Shown: positions 25,150 through 34,386 of the stretch, piece by piece
Numbering within the stretch: the stretch's first letter is position 1
How the letters are laid out: each line of letters begins with the position of its first letter
Origin: Candidatus Sulfotelmatobacter sp.
Lineage (GTDB): Bacteria; Acidobacteriota; Terriglobia; Terriglobales; Acidobacteriaceae
Assembly: GCA_049279555.1 (NCBI GenBank)
Contig: JBAPOI010000396.1
Coordinates: 1 to 51,220, forward strand
Length of the DNA: 51,220 nucleotides
Direction of reading: 5' to 3'
The notes under the pieces: generated by a model
Databases searched by the model: none
Seen by the model: only the letters and a program-made list of their open reading frames with translations
Told to the model about the DNA's origin: nothing
Made by a program: the position numbers and the translations under genes

Positions 25150-25441
25150 AAGCTGAATCTCTCAGAATCTGGGCGTTTGAGACGAGCTTACAAACTGGGT
25201 GCTTTGTCAGATTCTAGCACGCGATTTCCTCAGGAGGCGATCTACTTGCGCTTGAGTGGCCCGAACTTGAAGGCCTCGGACGAAGACGCACAAGATCATC
25301 ACGTAGCACACAAACGGCATAGCATCCACTGTTCAGATCACAGCGGATCCGAACAGCCGGAACCCTCGACTGCTGTACTAATCGGAGCGTGGCCTAGTGG
25401 GCTCTCACGTCTGCGAGGCGCTCAAGCTCGAACATTCCAGC

Positions 25442-25894
25442 CTAACGAATCGCCGGCGCTGGCCCGCTAACGAGCGGGAGGTTCGTGCTCCAGCAATCGG
25501 CCACGATAAGCCACGCGCCAAGGCGCCGCCACGCCCGCACGTACTTGCCGCGGTCGGCTTGGATGGTGCCATTGGGTTGCCGGATGGCAACGGTGTAGCG
25601 CCCAATCTCTACCGCCATGTCAGCAGAGGAATCGACCCGAACGGTTTCGAAGCGTAGATCTTCGTATCCCGCCTCGCCAAACTCGCGCAGCAGGCGCTCG
25701 ACGGACTTGGGGCCGTAGGCGGGCTCATGGTGCGGCACCATGAGAACACCTTCCTGGGCAAAAAGGGCTGCTACCTGATCGTAGTTGGCCGTGTTAAACG
25801 ACGTGACAAAATCCAGACAAAGGTTGCGAATCAAAGACTGAACGTCCAAAAATGGACGCGAGTCCGCGACGGAACTCGAATAGGAGCGATACAT
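25442..25894 (-). CDS. SnoaL-like/NTF2-fold (DUF4440-like) protein
   Basis: Size and pattern ('[20 protein letters not shown]...[20 protein letters not shown]') are typical of NTF2-like proteins. Confidence 0.6.
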   Translation of the reverse strand: MYRSYSSSVADSRPFLDVQSLIRNLCLDFVTSFNTANYDQVAALFAQEGVLMVPHHEPAYGPKSVERLLREFGEAGYEDLRFETVRVDSSADMAVEIGRYTVAIRQPNGTIQADRGKYVRAWRRLGAWLIVADCWSTNLPLVSGPAPAIR

Positions 25895-26119
25895 TTACTA
25901 CCTCCTGGGGGAAGGCCAAGAACGAGTCCACGGCCATGGATGCCCGTTCTTCAAATGCAGAAGGATTCTAGCGCAAAAGTGGCTGTGGAAGGGCAAACTT
26001 TTTTCAACTGCCGGACCTCGACTCTGGGGCTAGGGGCGGCCTCAGCCTTAGGTGGAGATGGCCGGAAAGAAGCCGGTTTCCCACTTGTGTGGCGGAAGCG
26101 CGCGGCGTATCTTGCGCGA

Positions 26120-26350
26120 ATGAACATGGGCGGGAGGGAGTATCAGTTGGCGGTTCGCAGCGAGACGCGGGACGGCGAATCGGCGGGGCTAGGAGACTTC
26201 GGAAGCGACAGGACTATTTGTTCCAACGCGCGAGGCGCGGGGCACCCGGAGCGATTTTGTCCCAACTGCTCGGCGGAGCTGAAAGAGCTGCACTGCAAGT
26301 TGAGCTGTCCGCTGTGCGGATTCTACTTGAGCTGCTCGGATTTCTATTGA
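26120..26350 (+). CDS. Small zinc-ribbon-like hypothetical protein
   Basis: C-terminal '[31 protein letters not shown]' contains two CxxC pairs. Start uncertain. Confidence 0.4.
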   Translation: MNMGGREYQLAVRSETRDGESAGLGDFGSDRTICSNARGAGHPERFCPNCSAELKELHCKLSCPLCGFYLSCSDFY

Positions 26351-26465
26351 ATTCGCGTGCGCCTTTGCCGCGCTGAACCCACCAACCTCCCCATTACACG
26401 GGTCGGGCGGTCTCCGTCTACAATGGTAAGGATTAAATTTTCTTAGGCATGATGAGGAGAAAGCA

Positions 26466-26888
26466 ATGGAACGTAAGGCAAGCGCGGTATGGAAGGGTGG
26501 ATTGAAAGATGGAAAGGGGTCGATTTCGGCACCGGGTGGAGTACTAAAAGATACGCAATACTCGTTTACTTCGCGGTTTGAGAATGGTCCGGGGACGAAT
26601 CCGGAGGAATTGATTGCGGCGGCGCATGCGGCGTGTTTCTCAATGGCGCTGTCGGCACAACTGGGCGGCGCGAATCTGACGCCGGAGAGCATCAGCACAA
26701 ACGTGACCCTGACCATGGAGAAGCTGGATTCCGGGTGGACGATCACGGCGAGCCATCTGGATGTGGTGGGCAAAGTTCCGGGCGCGGATGCTGCGACGTT
26801 CCAAAAGTATGCGGAAGCGGCGGAGAAAGGGTGTCCGGTATCGAAGGTGCTGAACGCGAAGATTTCGATGACCGCGAAGTTGGGGTAA
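26466..26888 (+). CDS. osmC: OsmC-family peroxiredoxin
   Basis: 'ASAVWKGGLKDGKG...NPEELIAAAHAACFSMAL...EKGCPVSKVL' carries the two conserved Cys of OsmC. Confidence 0.9.
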   Translation: MERKASAVWKGGLKDGKGSISAPGGVLKDTQYSFTSRFENGPGTNPEELIAAAHAACFSMALSAQLGGANLTPESISTNVTLTMEKLDSGWTITASHLDVVGKVPGADAATFQKYAEAAEKGCPVSKVLNAKISMTAKLG

Positions 26889-27020
26889 TTTCCGTCTGGC
26901 TTCCGCTGTCCACTTCCAGCAATTGAGCTGCGTTTGACAGGCGGTGACATGCCTGTAAAATAACTAAGTTGATCTTCCTGACGGCGGCCTTGCGGCCGCC
27001 GCTGCATTGCAATTCAGATT

Positions 27021-27107
27021 GCCATCGTGGCGGAATTGGCAGACGCGCATGGTTCAGGTCCATGTACTCGCGAGGGTGTGGGGGTTCGAGTCCCTTCGAT
27101 GGCACCA
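27021..27107 (+). tRNA. tRNA-Leu (anticodon CAG), CCA encoded
   Basis: Acceptor GCCATCG/CGATGGC. Anticodon stem CATGG/CCATG with loop TTCAGGT. Long variable arm. TTCGAGT T-loop. Terminal ACCA. Confidence 0.9.
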
Positions 27108-27195
27108 AGAATACGCTCAAGTTATTCTCGCTCGTAGATATGCACCGGACGGTGCGATTCTTCCCTAGGGTGCGAAATCCTGAAAGGGAGTAGTT

Positions 27196-27840
27196 ATGCG
27201 CCATCTTGACGCTGACTTTCCACTTGCCGCCTCACGCCGCGATTTTCTTCAGGCAATTTCGCTTGCGGCCACGACGGCGGTGCTCTCTGAAAGCCAGTTG
27301 GCACGGGCTGCTTCGCCGACCGCGCTCACCGCAAACCCGGCGGACTCCGCCGCTGACACGGAACGCATGCGAGCCCTTGCGGCGTTTACGGCACTAACCA
27401 TGGACACGCCAAACCCGGTACCTTTTGGGGCGGACATCGTAGACAGCAAGAGCGGCAAACGCCTGATGCGCGCCACGAACACGGTGGGACCGGAACACGA
27501 TCCCAGCGCTCACGCTGAGGTGCATACGATCCGGCTGGCGTGCAAGGGCTTGAACTCATATTCACTTCGAGGTTACACCCTCTACACAACGTGTGAGCCC
27601 TGCCCGATGTGCATGGCCTGCGCGCTGTGGGCTCGTCTCGACCGTGTGGTCTATGGCGCGACCATCGCGGACGCGGCCCGCTTCGGCCATCAAATTCAGA
27701 TTCCTGCTTCCGAGGTCGCAAAGCGCACCGACATGACCTGCATCGTCGACGGCCCGGTGGAGCGAGATGCTTGCTTCGCGCTTTTCACGAATCCGAAGAT
27801 GCAGGAGACCTTCAAGAGATGGAACGCTGAAAGGTCCTGA
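27196..27840 (+). CDS. CMP/dCMP-type zinc deaminase (TadA/guanine-deaminase-like) with a Tat signal peptide
   Basis: 'SRRDFLQAISLAATTAVL...ARAASP' is a Tat motif. 'HAEVHTIRLA' and 'CEPCPMCMACALWARLDRVVYG' are the H(A)E and PCxxC zinc motifs. Confidence 0.85.
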   Translation: MRHLDADFPLAASRRDFLQAISLAATTAVLSESQLARAASPTALTANPADSAADTERMRALAAFTALTMDTPNPVPFGADIVDSKSGKRLMRATNTVGPEHDPSAHAEVHTIRLACKGLNSYSLRGYTLYTTCEPCPMCMACALWARLDRVVYGATIADAARFGHQIQIPASEVAKRTDMTCIVDGPVERDACFALFTNPKMQETFKRWNAERS

Positions 27841-27889
27841 GTTGCACGGAGGCTTTCCGCGAACTGGCACAGTCTCGTACACTCTCCTC

Positions 27890-28813
27890 ATGCTGATCGC
27901 AAGAGGTTCTTTGAATGTTATCTTCCGAGTTGCACTCGTGCTGCTGTTTCTGTGTGGGGTAGGCGCAGCGCAGAAGCTCACGATTACCTTCGACGACCTG
28001 CCGCTGAACGGCGAACTGCCACCGAGCGTGACGCGCACGGAGACCGCCAGGAACGTGGTGGCAATTCTGAAGAAGCGGCATGTGCCTCCGGCGTATGGAT
28101 TTGTGAATGCGAAGAAGCTCGAAGGGAATCTCGATGGGGCTGAGGCTTTAAAGGTGTGGGCGGCGGCGGAGCCGGTGGGAAATCATACTTATTCGCACAT
28201 GGACCTCGAGAAGAATACTCCCGAGGCATTCGAGAGCGACATTGAGGAGAACGAGCCAGTGCTCGAACTGCTCCAGGCGAAGGACGACTGGCACTGGTTG
28301 CGGTATCCGTATCTGCATGAGGGAGACACGGTGGAGAAGCGGCGTGCAGTGCGGGCTTACCTGAAGACGCATGGCTACAGGATTGCGCAGGTTACGCTCG
28401 ACTGGGAAGACTACCTGTGGAATTTTGCATATGCGAGATGCGCCGCGAAAAACGATCAGAAATCGATTGCGTGGCTGCGGTCGAGTTATTTGAGCACGGC
28501 GTCGGAATTTCTTGATCTTGGCCGGGCGCAGGCGAAGCTGATTTACGGGCGCGACATCAGTTATGTGTTGCTGTTGCATCTGGGAGCGTTCAGCAGCACC
28601 ATTCTGCCGGAGGCGCTGGATCTGCTGCACAAAAAGGGGTTTAAGCTGGTGACGTTGCAGGAAGCGGAGAGCGACGCCGCGTATGAAGACGACCCGGATG
28701 CCGCTTTGCACGACGCCGGCACGTTCCTGGACCAGTGGATGCAAGTGAAGCAGATCAAATATCCCGAGCACGAGGACAAGCCTTACAAACAGCTGGAAAG
28801 CGCCTGCCAGTAG
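27890..28813 (+). CDS. Polysaccharide deacetylase (NodB-homology) family protein, secreted
   Basis: Signal peptide, then 'LTITFDDLP' and 'GNHTYSHMDL' motifs. ATG at 27890 chosen. Confidence 0.85.
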   Translation: MLIARGSLNVIFRVALVLLFLCGVGAAQKLTITFDDLPLNGELPPSVTRTETARNVVAILKKRHVPPAYGFVNAKKLEGNLDGAEALKVWAAAEPVGNHTYSHMDLEKNTPEAFESDIEENEPVLELLQAKDDWHWLRYPYLHEGDTVEKRRAVRAYLKTHGYRIAQVTLDWEDYLWNFAYARCAAKNDQKSIAWLRSSYLSTASEFLDLGRAQAKLIYGRDISYVLLLHLGAFSSTILPEALDLLHKKGFKLVTLQEAESDAAYEDDPDAALHDAGTFLDQWMQVKQIKYPEHEDKPYKQLESACQ

Positions 28814-28864
28814 CGCCGTCTCGATTGGCGAATCATTCCTTCCCGTATAATTCAGGGACCGTTT

Positions 28865-29674
28865 ATGCCCGTGTCCCTTGATCAGATTGTCCACTCGACG
28901 CGCGGGAAAGTTACTGCAGCGAAGCGAACGGCCGATGTGCGTGAACTGGGGCGGCGGGCGGAACGGCATGTGCCGCGCGGGTTTCGGCGGGCTTTGGAAG
29001 AAAAGAGCAAAGCCGGAATAGCTGTGATTGCCGAGTTGAAGAAGGCGTCGCCGTCGAAGGGATTGATCCGGGCGGAGTTTTGCGTGGAGCAGTTGGCGAA
29101 GGAACTGGAAGCGGCTGGAGCCGCGGCGCTTTCGGTGCTGACGGATCAGGAGTTCTTTCAGGGATCGCTCGGGAACTTGCGGAACGCGTCGGCGGCAGTG
29201 AAGATTCCCTGTCTGCGCAAAGATTTTATTGTGGATGAATTCCAGTTGCTGGAGGCGCGGGCGTATTCGGCCGATGCGGTTTTGCTGATTGTGGCAGCTT
29301 TGACGCAGACGGAGTTGACGGCGCTGGCTCTGGGTGCGCGTGCCCGCGGGCTGGATGTTTTGTGCGAAGTGCATGACGAATCAGAGTTGCAGCGGGCGTT
29401 GGATGCGGACTGCGATTTGATTGGAGTGAACACGCGCGATCTGCGGACGTTCAAAGTGGATCCTGAGACGGCGTTCCGGTTGGCGGAGCGGCTTCCGAAG
29501 AATGTGGTGCGAGTGGCGGAGAGTGGGATTCGGTCGGGAGAAGATATTGCGCGGCGGCGAGATGCGGGGTATCAGGCGGTTTTGATTGGGGAGACGCTGA
29601 TGCGGGCGGTTTCGCCCGGCGAAACTTTGCGGGAGCTCGTTGCGAGTACTCGGTACCCAGTGCCCAGTACCTAG
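28865..29674 (+). CDS. trpC: Indole-3-glycerol phosphate synthase
   Basis: 'IAELKKASPSKGLIR', 'CLRKDFIVDEFQ', 'LIGVNTRDLRTF'. Confidence 0.95.
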   Translation: MPVSLDQIVHSTRGKVTAAKRTADVRELGRRAERHVPRGFRRALEEKSKAGIAVIAELKKASPSKGLIRAEFCVEQLAKELEAAGAAALSVLTDQEFFQGSLGNLRNASAAVKIPCLRKDFIVDEFQLLEARAYSADAVLLIVAALTQTELTALALGARARGLDVLCEVHDESELQRALDADCDLIGVNTRDLRTFKVDPETAFRLAERLPKNVVRVAESGIRSGEDIARRRDAGYQAVLIGETLMRAVSPGETLRELVASTRYPVPST

Positions 29675-29740
29675 CCTTCGCAGTGAACGAGGGATCGCAA
29701 CGGTCAATCCAGAAAGCCGCGCGGGCGACGCGCGATGCAA

Positions 29741-29803
29741 GGGATCCTTCTACTGTGGTTTTGCTTCGCTGTTGCGAAGCAAAATCCTCGCTCAGGATGA
29801 CAA
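29741..29803 (+). repeat. REP-like element (family A) in the trpC-trpF spacer
   Basis: GGGATCCTTCtACTGtGGTTTTGCTTCGCtgttGCGAAGCAAAATCCTCGCTCAGGATGACAA. Confidence 0.8.
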
Positions 29804-29824
29804 CTGACTGGATGGCCGTGTGAG

Positions 29825-30502
29825 ATGACTTGGGTGAAGATTTGCGGGATAACGAATTTGGAGGATGCGCTTGTGGCCGTTGAGGCCGGGGCGGATGCGG
29901 TGGGGTTTGTATTTTATGAGAAAAGTCCACGGAATATTGGCGTGGAGGCGGCGCGGGAGATTATTGAGAAGCTGCCGAAGGGCGTGGAGAAGGTTGGAGT
30001 TTTTGTTGATCTGGAAGCTCAGGGTATCCGCGAGATCGTGGTGAAGGCTGGGCTGACGGCAGTGCAGTTGCATGGCAAATCATCGTTGGATAGCGTGCTT
30101 GTCGACTCTCGCCCCGCTATTGAGAGTGTGAAAGTGGCAAAATTAATTGCGACGATTCCGGATTACGCGTTACACCATGGCACCGGGGTGGCGCTCAGCG
30201 AGCGGGTTCGCGAGAAAGCCTTCGCAATCTTGATCGATGCACAGGTGAATGGCGAAAGTGGAGGGACGGGAACGAAGTTCGACTGGGAGGCTAGTAGAGA
30301 TATGGTGCAGATGCTCGGCTTCGTCGTCCCGGTGATAGTGGCTGGGGGACTTACCCCTGGTGATGTGGCCGAGGCGATGAGGACATTTCAACCTTTTGGA
30401 GTGGATGTAGTTTCGGGAGTAGAAGCGAAACCTGGGAAGAAAGATCCGGAGAAGGTGCGGGCGTTTGTGCGGGCGGTGCAGGACGCGGAGAGGAGTTTGT
30501 GA
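29825..30502 (+). CDS. trpF: Phosphoribosylanthranilate isomerase
   Basis: '[27 protein letters not shown]'. Full-length TrpF-like. Confidence 0.9.
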   Translation: MTWVKICGITNLEDALVAVEAGADAVGFVFYEKSPRNIGVEAAREIIEKLPKGVEKVGVFVDLEAQGIREIVVKAGLTAVQLHGKSSLDSVLVDSRPAIESVKVAKLIATIPDYALHHGTGVALSERVREKAFAILIDAQVNGESGGTGTKFDWEASRDMVQMLGFVVPVIVAGGLTPGDVAEAMRTFQPFGVDVVSGVEAKPGKKDPEKVRAFVRAVQDAERSL

Positions 30503-30542
30503 GCGTGGCGACGGCGAAGGTCCAACTCAGCGCAAGAAAGAG

Positions 30543-30604
30543 TAGGTCCCTCGACTCCGCATCACCTTTGCTACGCAAAGATGATGCTCCGCTCGGGATG
30601 ACAA
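30543..30604 (+). repeat. REP-like element (family A, diverged) in the trpF-trpB spacer
   Basis: TAGGTCCCTCGACTCCGCatcacctttgctacgcaaagatgatGCTCCGCTCGGGATGACAA. Its ATG (30598) is the probable trpB start. Confidence 0.65.
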
Positions 30605-31797
30605 GCAAGAGGAATGACGTGGATGTTCCCGGGCGGTTTGGCATTTATGGCGGGCGGTATGTGCCGGAGACTTTGATGGCGGCGCTCGAGGAATTGGAGC
30701 GCGAGTACGAAAGGGCGAAGCGGGATCCAAAATTTCAGAAACGGCTGGACGAGTTGTTGCGAACTTATGCGGGGCGTCCCACGGCGCTGACGTTTGCGCG
30801 AAGACTGACGCAGAAGTTGGGTGGGGCAAAGATTTATTTGAAGCGCGAGGATTTGTTGCACACCGGGGCGCACAAGATTAATAACTGCCTGGGGCAGGCG
30901 CTGCTGGTGGAGCGCATGGGAAAGCGGCGCGTGATTGCCGAGACTGGAGCGGGCCAGCATGGCGTGGCTACGGCTACGGTTTGCGCTCTGCTCGGTTTTG
31001 AATGCGTGGTCTACATGGGCACCGAGGACATGCGGCGGCAAGAATTGAATGTCTTCCGCATGCGGTTGCTGGGCGCGGAAGTTCGCGGCGTGGAGTCGGG
31101 ATCGAGGACGTTGAAGGATGCGATCAATGAAGCCATGCGCGATTGGGTGACGAATGTAAGAACTACGCATTATTTGTTAGGAAGTGTGCTGGGAGCGCAT
31201 CCATATCCGACGATGGTGAGAGATTTTCATCGCGTGATTGGGCGGGAGGCGCGGGCGCAGATTTTGAAGGCCGAGGGAAAGCTTCCGGCGGCGGTGATTG
31301 CATGTGTAGGCGGCGGATCGAATGCGATTGGAATTTTCTACGAGTTCATAAAGGACAAGAAAGTTCGCTTGATCGGAGTGGAGGCCGGCGGACGCGGCGA
31401 AGCGCTGGGAGAACATGCGGCGCGGTTTCGCGGAGGGTCGCCGGGCGTTTTGCAAGGCACATTTTCTTACGTTTTGCAGGATTCCGCCGGACAGATTGCG
31501 TTGACCCATTCGGTTTCTGCGGGGTTGGATTATCCCTCGATTGGGCCGGAACACGCGGCGTTGAAAGACGTGGGTAGAGCTGAGTACGTTTCCGCATCGG
31601 ATGCAGAGGCGTTGGAGGCAACTACGTTATTGGCGCGGACGGAGGGAATCATTCCGGCTCTCGAATCGGCGCACGCGGTGGCGGAAGTGATGAAACGCGC
31701 GCCTCGAATGAAGAAGTCTGACGTGGTGATCGTGAATGTTTCCGGACGAGGCGATAAGGATATCGGGATTATGCGGGAGAGTTTGAAATTGGATTGA
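30598..31797 (+). CDS. trpB: Tryptophan synthase beta chain
   Basis: '[15 protein letters not shown]', 'HTGAHKINN', 'GGGSNAIG'. The alternative GTG at 30499 overlaps the trpF stop but would translate the repeat. Confidence 0.95.
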   Translation: MTSKRNDVDVPGRFGIYGGRYVPETLMAALEELEREYERAKRDPKFQKRLDELLRTYAGRPTALTFARRLTQKLGGAKIYLKREDLLHTGAHKINNCLGQALLVERMGKRRVIAETGAGQHGVATATVCALLGFECVVYMGTEDMRRQELNVFRMRLLGAEVRGVESGSRTLKDAINEAMRDWVTNVRTTHYLLGSVLGAHPYPTMVRDFHRVIGREARAQILKAEGKLPAAVIACVGGGSNAIGIFYEFIKDKKVRLIGVEAGGRGEALGEHAARFRGGSPGVLQGTFSYVLQDSAGQIALTHSVSAGLDYPSIGPEHAALKDVGRAEYVSASDAEALEATTLLARTEGIIPALESAHAVAEVMKRAPRMKKSDVVIVNVSGRGDKDIGIMRESLKLD

Positions 31798-31892
31798 ATC
31801 GGCGGAATTCTCGGAAGCGCAGTGGGAAGCCCCACGAAAACTGGGGCCCGCGTATGAACTCCTATTGAGGCCCGCAGGCAGTGAGAGCGAAA

Positions 31893-31954
31893 GGGATTCT
31901 TCGACTGCGGTTACGCTCGCATCCGCGAAGCGCAACCTTCGCTCAGAATGACAA
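31893..31954 (+). repeat. REP-like element (family A) in the trpB-trpA spacer
   Basis: GGGATTCTTCGACTGCGGTTacgctcgcatccgcgaagcgcaaCCTTCGCTCAGAATGACAA. Confidence 0.8.
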
Positions 31955-32733
31955 AAATGCCTTTATCTTTTTATAAGAAGCCGGGGCTGGTGGTGTATGT
32001 GACATGCGGCGATCCGGACCTCGCGACAACACGCGAGATCGTGCTGGCTGCGATTGAGGCGGGCGCGGATGTGATTGAGTTGGGGGTGCCGTTCAGTGAT
32101 CCGGTGGCGGATGGTCCGGTGATTCAGCGGGCCAGTGAGCGGGCGCTGAAACACGGTACATGCCTGGCACAGGTGTTGACGCTGGCGGCGGAAGTTCGGC
32201 AGCATGCGCAGTCAACCGGGATCGTTGTGTTTTCGTATTTGAATCCGATCTTGCGCATGGGGATTGAGAAGTTTTGTGCAGTGGCGCGGCATGCGGGAGT
32301 CGACGGCGTGCTGCTAACAGATTTGCCGGTGGAAGAAGCGGGGCCGTACTTGCGGACGATGAAGGCGAACGATTTGGCGCCGGTGTTTCTGGCGGCGCCG
32401 ACCAGTCCGGATGCCCGGTTGAAACGGATCGCAGAAGCGTCACGAGGATTTGTTTACGCGGTGTCGCGCACCGGGGTGACCGGGACGCGGCAGCAACTGG
32501 CGGACGATGCGCAGAAACTGGTTAAGCGGCTGCGGCGCGTGACGAAACTGCCAGTCGCGGTTGGCTTTGGGATTTCGAATGCGGAGCAGTTTGCGGAGGT
32601 CGGTAAGTTTGCGGATGCGGTGGTAGTGGGAAGCGCGGTTGTGGAGACGATTGAGCGGAATCGAGGACGGGAAGCGCAGGCAGTGGGGGAATTTGTAAGA
32701 AAGCTGACAGGTGGACGTTCGGTGATGGTCTAG
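31948..32733 (+). CDS. trpA: Tryptophan synthase alpha chain
   Basis: 'VTCGDPD', 'ELGVPFSDPVADGPVIQ', 'GFGIS'. Start is 31948 (inside the repeat) or 31957. Confidence 0.95.
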   Translation: MTKMPLSFYKKPGLVVYVTCGDPDLATTREIVLAAIEAGADVIELGVPFSDPVADGPVIQRASERALKHGTCLAQVLTLAAEVRQHAQSTGIVVFSYLNPILRMGIEKFCAVARHAGVDGVLLTDLPVEEAGPYLRTMKANDLAPVFLAAPTSPDARLKRIAEASRGFVYAVSRTGVTGTRQQLADDAQKLVKRLRRVTKLPVAVGFGISNAEQFAEVGKFADAVVVGSAVVETIERNRGREAQAVGEFVRKLTGGRSVMV

Positions 32734-32828
32734 GCATTTGTGAATCCCACGCTTGCGCAACGGACGCGCAAGGATGGAGCACCGCCGTCAGCAAAGGTCG
32801 AGGAACACCGAGGCAGTACAGAATGGTA

Positions 32829-32891
32829 GGGATCCTTCGACTGCGGTTGTGCTTCGCGTTCGCGAAGCGCAATCCTCGCTCAGGATGACAA
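32829..32891 (+). repeat. REP-like element (family A) in the trpA-chorismate mutase spacer
   Basis: GGGATCCTTCGACTGCGGTTGTGCTTCGCGttcGCGAAGCGCAATCCTCGCTCAGGATGACAA. Confidence 0.8.
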
Positions 32892-32908
32892 GTTGGGATA
32901 AAGATTTC

Positions 32909-33229
32909 ATGGACATCGCAGATTGGCGGGAGAAGATCGATGAGCTTGACCGGCGGCTGGTGGAGTTGCTGAGTGAGCGGGCGCGGGCTGCGGTGGAGAT
33001 CGGACGCTTGAAGCGGGATACGAATTTGCCGATTTACGAACCGCAGCGGGAGCGGGTTGTGTTTGAGAATGTGCAGAAGCTGAATCCGGGACCGCTTCCG
33101 GCGCAGGATCTGGTTCGAATTTTTGAGCGAATTATGGATGTAATGCGCAATATTCAGAAGGAAGGAATCGGGCCGACGGCGGAGACTGCAAAAACGGAGA
33201 CAGAGTTGGATTCGGAAGTGAATGATTGA
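32909..33229 (+). CDS. Chorismate mutase (AroQ class)
   Basis: 'WREKIDELDRRLVELLSERARAAVEIGRLKRDTNLPIYEPQRE'. Start is 32909, or 32885 inside the repeat. Confidence 0.85.
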   Translation: MDIADWREKIDELDRRLVELLSERARAAVEIGRLKRDTNLPIYEPQRERVVFENVQKLNPGPLPAQDLVRIFERIMDVMRNIQKEGIGPTAETAKTETELDSEVND

Positions 33230-33269
33230 AGCAAGCGGGAAAAAGCAGCGGCGCGGTACTCGAAATCAA

Positions 33270-33298
33270 GGTTCCTCGCTGCGCTCGGAATGGCAAAG
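33270..33298 (+). repeat. Possible degenerate family A remnant
   Basis: GGTTCCTCGCTGCGCTCGGAATGGCAAAG resembles the 3' half of the element. Confidence 0.3.
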
Positions 33299-33349
33299 AG
33301 TTGGTTTGAGCTAGAAGCCGGAAGCCAAGGACGAGAAGCAGAGATTCTT

Positions 33350-34369
33350 ATGATTGTAGCGATGCAGGAAATGGCGGATGAGGCGTTGGTGCAGCAGGTG
33401 ATTGAGCACCTGGTGAAGATGGGTTTTGAAGTGCACCGCTCGACTGGGGCCCGGCAAACCGTGCTGGGCGCGGTGGGAGCGGTGATCGATTTTGACATCC
33501 GCAACCTTGAGCTGTTGCCGGGGGTGCAGGCGGTCCATCGCATCAGTTCTCCGTACAAACTGGCGGGAAAAAGTTTTCGTCCAGAGGGAACGATCGTCAA
33601 GCTGGCGGATGGAATCAGCGTTGGCGGAAACGAAGTGGTGGTGATGGCGGGACCGTGCTCGGTGGAGTCGCGGGAGCAGCTTTTTTCGACGGCCGAAATC
33701 GTGGCGAAGGCCGGCGGGCGCGTGCTGCGAGGCGGAGCGTTCAAGCCGCGAAGTTCTCCTTATTCATTTCAAGGGCACGGAGAAGACGCTCTCAAGTTGC
33801 TGCGCGAGGCTGGGGAGAAGTTCGAGCTGCTCATCATCAGCGAGGTGATGGAGATCTCGCAGATTCCGATGATGCTGCCCTACGTGGATATTTTGCAGGT
33901 GGGGGCGCGCAACATGCAGAATTTCAATCTGCTGCGCGAGCTGGGAAAAGTGCGTAAGCCGGTGCTACTGAAACGCGGAATCGCCGCGACACTCGAAGAG
34001 TTGCTGCTCTCGGCGGAATATATTATGGCGGGCGGAAATTATGACGTGATCCTGTGCGAGCGGGGGATCCGAACGTTTGAGACCTACACGCGGAACACGA
34101 TGGACATTTCGGCAATCCCGATTATCCACAAGTTGTCACATCTTCCGATGACGGCCGATCCTTCGCACGGGACGGGACGGCGCGACAAGGTTCCGCCGAT
34201 GGCGCGAGCTTCCGTGGCCGCCGGGGCGGATGCGCTGCTGATCGAAGTGCATTGCGACCCGAACAAAGCATGGTCCGATGGCGCACAGTCGCTGTTTCCC
34301 GAGCAGTTCGAGAAACTGATGGACGAGTTGCGGATGATCGCGCCGGCAGTGGGAAGAAAAATTGGGTAA
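33350..34369 (+). CDS. 3-deoxy-7-phosphoheptulonate (DAHP) synthase, type I-beta, with N-terminal ferredoxin-like regulatory domain
   Basis: 'VVVMAGPCSVESREQ', 'GAFKPRSSPYSFQG', 'DPSHGTGRRD'. N-terminal ~70-aa ACT/FL-like domain. ATG at 33350. Confidence 0.9.
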   Translation: MIVAMQEMADEALVQQVIEHLVKMGFEVHRSTGARQTVLGAVGAVIDFDIRNLELLPGVQAVHRISSPYKLAGKSFRPEGTIVKLADGISVGGNEVVVMAGPCSVESREQLFSTAEIVAKAGGRVLRGGAFKPRSSPYSFQGHGEDALKLLREAGEKFELLIISEVMEISQIPMMLPYVDILQVGARNMQNFNLLRELGKVRKPVLLKRGIAATLEELLLSAEYIMAGGNYDVILCERGIRTFETYTRNTMDISAIPIIHKLSHLPMTADPSHGTGRRDKVPPMARASVAAGADALLIEVHCDPNKAWSDGAQSLFPEQFEKLMDELRMIAPAVGRKIG

Positions 34370-34386
34370 GTGGCCGAATTTGTTAA

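Noticed and set aside
25150-25441. Possible gene or ncRNA in the 290-bp spacer after rpe (ORF 24832-25470 on the plus strand)
   Set aside because: The plus-strand ORF is mostly antisense to rpe. I could not see a conserved structure or motif in the remaining spacer.
26189-27007. 272-aa minus-strand ORF
   Set aside because: It is antisense to osmC and to the small zinc-ribbon ORF, and its composition is not protein-like.
27021-28813. tRNA-Leu as the attachment site of an integrated island
   Set aside because: There is no integrase, no direct repeat of the tRNA 3' end that I could find downstream, and no compositional break. The downstream genes (deaminase, deacetylase, trp operon) look chromosomal.
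28148-29374. 408-aa minus-strand ORF
   Set aside because: It is antisense to the polysaccharide deacetylase gene and trpC. The composition is Arg/Gln-rich and it has no recognisable domain. It is a shadow ORF.
30499-30597. GTG start for trpB overlapping the trpF stop (GTGA), giving a 33-aa extension
   Set aside because: The extension would be translated from the REP-like element ('[18 protein letters not shown]'), like the spurious 'SLRMT' peptides seen at other copies. The TrpB alignment begins near [15 protein letters not shown]. Translational coupling cannot be fully excluded.
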